This document shows positions 60,091 through 64,000 of a DNA stretch of 64,000 bases, piece after piece. The position numbers and the translations under genes are program-made. The notes below the pieces were generated by a model. It ran no database searches, had not been told where the DNA came from, and worked only from the letters and a program-made list of their open reading frames with translations. Position 1 is the first letter of the stretch. The number at the start of each line of letters is the position of its first letter. The DNA comes from Candidatus Moraniibacteriota bacterium. GTDB lineage: Bacteria; Patescibacteriota; Minisyncoccia; Moranbacterales; UBA2206. The stretch is taken from NCBI GenBank assembly GCA_013334765.1, contig JAAXWW010000001.1:172589-236588 (forward strand), in the 5' to 3' direction.

Positions 60091-60166
60091 TCGTACTAGT
60101 ATTCGTCTGCTATATTGAAAAAGTTTCCAGTTATACCGGAAACTTTTTGTTAATAAACGAGTGTCT

Positions 60167-60931
60167 TTATATCTGCGAAAAGAAGAAATATACTGAAAAA
60201 ATGATGAGCATAGCGCCGAAAAGAGCTTGGATGACGCTTGACTTGGTGCGGATGTCCATTTTCGCCCCGATATATGCCATAGGGACGACGCCGATGCCCA
60301 TAGCAGCGCTTCCTGCAAGATCAATGTGTCCGAGGCTATAATGGATAAGGCAGGACGGGAGAATAGTGACAGCGACCACAGAGAGGGATGTCGCGATCGC
60401 TTCCTTGATGTTTATCTTGAAAAATATCACATAGGCCGGAATGAGGAACAGACCGCCTCCGTTGGCAAGCACGCCTGACAAGAAGCCTGCCAGTCCCGAG
60501 ACGGCCGCTATTTTTCCGCCTCGGAGAATATTCTTATCAATGCCTGATTTTCTATATTCGCTCCGTTTCCTTTCGTGGATGCTTTTTGTAATGAAGGATA
60601 TTCCGACGGAAAAAAGAACCACGGCAGTCAGGAGCATCAGTGTTTTTCCGGAAAATAATCCGGATGAAAGCGATCCGGCAAGGATTCCTGGCGTTCCTCC
60701 GATGATGCTGTATATGAACAGTTTACGGTTCACCAGGTGCATTTTCCAATAGGCGGCAAGGGCGATGGTGACAGTCAGAAAAGCGGTCGGAAGCGGAGTG
60801 CCGAGTGCGAGATATGGGGGAAAATGCAGGAATTCCCGAAGAAGCGGCGTGTCGATACTGCTTCCGCCGATACCGAAAAAAGCGGATATGAATCCGGTTA
60901 TGGCTCCGATAGCGATTAATCCCAATGTCAT
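60167..60931 (-). CDS. TSUP/TauE sulfite exporter family membrane protein
   Basis: Two repeats GIGGS / ANGGG, AIATSL; start ATG 60931. Confidence 0.85.
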   Translation of the reverse strand: MTLGLIAIGAITGFISAFFGIGGSSIDTPLLREFLHFPPYLALGTPLPTAFLTVTIALAAYWKMHLVNRKLFIYSIIGGTPGILAGSLSSGLFSGKTLMLLTAVVLFSVGISFITKSIHERKRSEYRKSGIDKNILRGGKIAAVSGLAGFLSGVLANGGGLFLIPAYVIFFKINIKEAIATSLSVVAVTILPSCLIHYSLGHIDLAGSAAMGIGVVPMAYIGAKMDIRTKSSVIQALFGAMLIIFSVYFFFSQI

Positions 60932-61066
60932 CCGATATTTATTAACCGTTATATTTTTAATTATAACTCGATATCGAGCTTGCGCGCAAAGTTGATTTTT
61001 GTTGTGGAATAGAAGAGAATACATTTATCAAGCTACTCGGTATATTAAATCCATAATCCACAAAAA

Positions 61067-61771
61067 ATGATCCGATTTTTTTCGCAGTTTCCTGAGTTGA
61101 AAGCCGTCATGTCTGAAAAGCAGGACGGTTCCATGAAGATTGTCGAGGACAAGGATGTCTGGGACCGTAACCGGGAAAACCGGGAAGCGTTTTTCGAGAA
61201 AACCGTAATCGATAGCGGTTCGGTTTTCAGCGCCGGATTGGTGCATGGCGGCAATTCAGAAATCGTCAGTCATGGCGGTCGGAAGGTTATTTCCGGAACG
61301 GATGCTTTGGCCACGAAAGAAAAAGGCATATTCCTGTCGATAACGGTGGCTGACTGCGTGCCGGTGTTTTTATTCGATCCTATAAATTCTATCATAGCCA
61401 TCGCGCATGCAGGCTGGAAGGGGACTGTCGGCAACGTGTTGGAAAACACGTTGGAAAATATTTCCAAACTGGGCGGGAGTATCGAAGAGCTGCATGTGGC
61501 GCTCGGTCCGGGGATAGATGTTTGCCATTTCGAAATCAGGAAGGATGTATTGAAAGAATTTTCCGGGCACGAGGAATTTATCATGAAAAAAGAAGGAAAG
61601 ATGTTCGTCGATCTCAAGGGGATAATAACGAAAAAGCTTCTTTTAGCGGGCGTTGCCGGCAGGAATATCGAGAATGACCCGGCATGCACCTATTGCAATG
61701 AAAATCTTTTTTCATATAGGCGGGACAGGGTCGGGTCGATGGTGGCAGTTATCGGGATAATGCCCGAATAG
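61067..61771 (+). CDS. pgeF: YfiH/PgeF laccase-domain protein
   Basis: VADCVPV, AHAGWKG, GPGI, CT...FSYRR. Confidence 0.9.
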   Translation: MIRFFSQFPELKAVMSEKQDGSMKIVEDKDVWDRNRENREAFFEKTVIDSGSVFSAGLVHGGNSEIVSHGGRKVISGTDALATKEKGIFLSITVADCVPVFLFDPINSIIAIAHAGWKGTVGNVLENTLENISKLGGSIEELHVALGPGIDVCHFEIRKDVLKEFSGHEEFIMKKEGKMFVDLKGIITKKLLLAGVAGRNIENDPACTYCNENLFSYRRDRVGSMVAVIGIMPE

Positions 61772-61811
61772 AAAAGCCCTGCGATATCATCTGATATCGC
61801 AGGGCTTTTTT
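61772..61811. terminator. bidirectional terminator
   Basis: AAAAGCCCTGCGATATCA-TC-TGATATCGCAGGGCTTTT. Confidence 0.8.
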
Positions 61812-61816
61812 GAATG

Positions 61817-61888
61817 TTGGGGCGGCAGGATTCGAACCTGCGCATGGGGGCTTCAAAGGCCCCTGCCTTACCGCTTGGCTACGCCCCA
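61817..61888 (-). tRNA. tRNA-Gln(UUG)
   Basis: TGGGGCG acceptor, anticodon stem GGGGC-CTTTGAA-GCCCC, GGTTCGAATCC T-loop; CCA not encoded. Confidence 0.95.
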
Positions 61889-61941
61889 ATTTATTGAAGC
61901 GTGAGACATAAAGATGTGCTTCACGCGGATTTTGTAAGATA

Positions 61942-63624
61942 TCATGCGACGACCTCTCCGCCCATAAGCTCCAAAGCTGAGGATAGAAGGGAGGATTGCT
62001 CGCCTTCCTTACTGTTCTCATCCGCGTTTTCCTCGGCTGGTTTAGGCGCTAAAGACTTGTCCGTTACGATGTCTATCCTTATCTTGGACTTTAGAATACT
62101 ACTAAAAACGTCTTCCACTGTCAAACGATTGGCGGGGTCAGCCAGCTTCTCGCGATAGAACTCATATGCTGTTGCACATGTGATGGTCGAGCCCTCGATT
62201 TTCATCACCTGGCAATTGGAAAGGAGGGCTGAGAGCGAGTGGTTTCTCGGGCGGATGTCGACGAGGAGCCTCTTCCAATTATTCCTGACGTCATCAATAT
62301 CGGGCGCTGTTCCGCTATCAGCAAAATCTGCCGCAATTTCGTTTTCAGTTTCTTTGACGGATTCTTTCGATTTCGCGCTTTTGGAATCGTATGCAGGCGA
62401 AGGTTCTTTGATGATGTTATCAGTCTTTTCTTTTTTTGTTTCCTGTGTTTTGTATTCTTTCTTTTCTTCACGGGCGGGAGCGGGGAAAGTGCGGGTTGCT
62501 TTAATGAAAGCGATTTCCAAGGCCAGCTGCGGAATGAGGAACGCGGATATTTTTCCTTGCGCTTCAAGGATCAGGTTGATGATCTCGATGATTTTCGGAA
62601 GCTCGCTTTTTTGGGCGACCTTGATCATGATTTCCAATTGTTCGCTTGTCATTTTTCTCTTTAAGCCCTGCCCGAGGCTTTCATCGACCAGAAGCAGCAT
62701 GAGTTCGCGCATATATGTCAGAAGGGATTTGGCGAACGTGGTCAGGTCATATCCGTCGGCGACCATCTTGTTGAGATCCGCGATAGCCCCAGTGGTGTCA
62801 TTTTCGATCAATTTCCTGGCAATCATTGAAACGAACTCCCGGTCGGTCGTTCCGAGAATTTCTTTCACTTCTTTGGCGGTCACATTCTTGTCTTCAAGCG
62901 AAATGATCTGTCCCAGCAGGCTTTCCGCATCGCGCATGCCGCCTTCGGCTGAAATGGCGATCATCTCAAGAGCTTCCTTCTCAATCGTGACGCCTTCCTT
63001 CGTTGAGATGGCAGATAGCTTTTCGATGATGTCGTCGATCGGAAGTCGGGTGAAATCGAAACGCTGGCAGCGGGAAATGATCGTTTCCGGAACCTTGTGG
63101 ATTTCGGTTGTTGCCAGGATGAAAATGACGTGAGAGGGCGGTTCTTCAAGGGTTTTGAGAAGAGCATTGAAGGCGCCGCCGGAAAGCATGTGAACTTCAT
63201 CGATGATATATACTTTGTAGCGAAGCGATGTTGGAGGAAGGGAAACTGTTTCGCGAAGCTCGCGGATATTGTCTACGCCGGTGTTAGACGCGGCGTCTAT
63301 TTCGATGATGTCCAGAGATTGTCCGTCAGCTATGCTTTTGCATGATTTGCATTCAAGGCAGGCGTCCGCCTTCGCTTCGCTTCGGCGGATGCTCGCTTCA
63401 GCATCAGCTCCTTCGTCGCTGGCTGAAGCGGCACAGTTGACTGCTTTGGCGAATATCCTGGCGATGGATGTCTTTCCGGTTCCGCGCGGTCCGGTGAAGA
63501 GATAGGCATGGCCGATGCGGCCGTTCCTGATTGAGTTTCCGAGAGTTCTCACGATATGGGCCTGCCCGATGACCTCGGAGAAATTCTTGGGGCGGTATTT
63601 TCTGTATAGGGTGTTTGACATCAT
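61942..63624 (-). CDS. dnaX: DNA polymerase III subunit gamma/tau
   Basis: LYRKYRP, GPRGTGKT, IEIDAASN, IIDEVHML, SRCQ. Confidence 0.98.
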   Translation of the reverse strand: MMSNTLYRKYRPKNFSEVIGQAHIVRTLGNSIRNGRIGHAYLFTGPRGTGKTSIARIFAKAVNCAASASDEGADAEASIRRSEAKADACLECKSCKSIADGQSLDIIEIDAASNTGVDNIRELRETVSLPPTSLRYKVYIIDEVHMLSGGAFNALLKTLEEPPSHVIFILATTEIHKVPETIISRCQRFDFTRLPIDDIIEKLSAISTKEGVTIEKEALEMIAISAEGGMRDAESLLGQIISLEDKNVTAKEVKEILGTTDREFVSMIARKLIENDTTGAIADLNKMVADGYDLTTFAKSLLTYMRELMLLLVDESLGQGLKRKMTSEQLEIMIKVAQKSELPKIIEIINLILEAQGKISAFLIPQLALEIAFIKATRTFPAPAREEKKEYKTQETKKEKTDNIIKEPSPAYDSKSAKSKESVKETENEIAADFADSGTAPDIDDVRNNWKRLLVDIRPRNHSLSALLSNCQVMKIEGSTITCATAYEFYREKLADPANRLTVEDVFSSILKSKIRIDIVTDKSLAPKPAEENADENSKEGEQSSLLSSALELMGGEVVA

Positions 63625-63731
63625 TTTTTCCTTAAAATTCAAAGCGCCGCTTAGGCACTTTCAAAGTCTATTATACATCAAAATATGGGAAACAAAAAAC
63701 TCCCCGAAAGGGGAGTCGTGCGGCTGTTTTT

Positions 63732-64000
63732 TTATCTCTTGAAAACCAGGAATTTGTATCCGATGAAGTTCCAAAGGAGCCCGGCAACAGAGCCGGAGGC
63801 GGCTCCGATGAGCCCCCATTGGTCGGACGAGAGTGCCGTGATGGAATGCCCGACGCCGAAGACGAGAGAAGCGACCACGACATTGATGATGAATCCGATG
63901 ATGCTGACGATGAAGAATTTCGCGAATTCGGATGTCTGGGAATCTCCTTCCTTATGGAATGTCCAGTATTTGTTCCAATAGTAGCTGTTCACATTGGAGA
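63732..64000 (-). CDS. GtrA-family flippase-like membrane protein (partial)
   Basis: NSYYWNKYWTF...WNFIGYKFLVF. Confidence 0.8.
   Translation of the reverse strand, partial: SNVNSYYWNKYWTFHKEGDSQTSEFAKFFIVSIIGFIINVVVASLVFGVGHSITALSSDQWGLIGAASGSVAGLLWNFIGYKFLVFKR

Noticed and set aside
61817-61888. tRNA-Gln as an integration site
   Set aside because: No integrase, duplicated tRNA 3' end or phage genes nearby.

Overview
Gene-dense bacterial chromosome segment, mostly + strand. Gene content and style (AT-rich starts often lacking Shine-Dalgarno motifs, short SMC, split ComEC, class III RNR, F-type ATP synthase) suggest a Patescibacteria/CPR genome; this is inference. Housekeeping loci include rsmI-metG-tatD, the atp operon, leuS, glmS, rlmN, ybeY-dgkA-ftsA-ftsZ, nrdR-nrdD-nrdG, rpmF-nusB-rnc-smc, rpsP, rplJL, idi, trxA, tRNA-Gln and dnaX. 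The main accessory system is a complete diversity-generating retroelement (DGR) at about 4.3-7.0 kb: target gene with VR, separately promoted TR, antisense avd and reverse transcriptase. The avd and RT 5' ends overlap head-to-head on one G10/C10 tract that frameshifts both from their ATGs; removing one G restores both, suggesting a single slippage ON/OFF switch. An IS481-family element sits at the DGR target promoter, and an orphan DGR-like target lies at 49 kb. Other highlights are an Elp3 plus Trm9-like gene pair sharing one CATG start, a stand-alone glycyl-radical domain beside nrdD, a Nudix domain inside LeuS, palindromic elements inside coding sequences and an ApbE flavinylation cluster. 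All family calls come from motif recognition by eye; no database searches were run.
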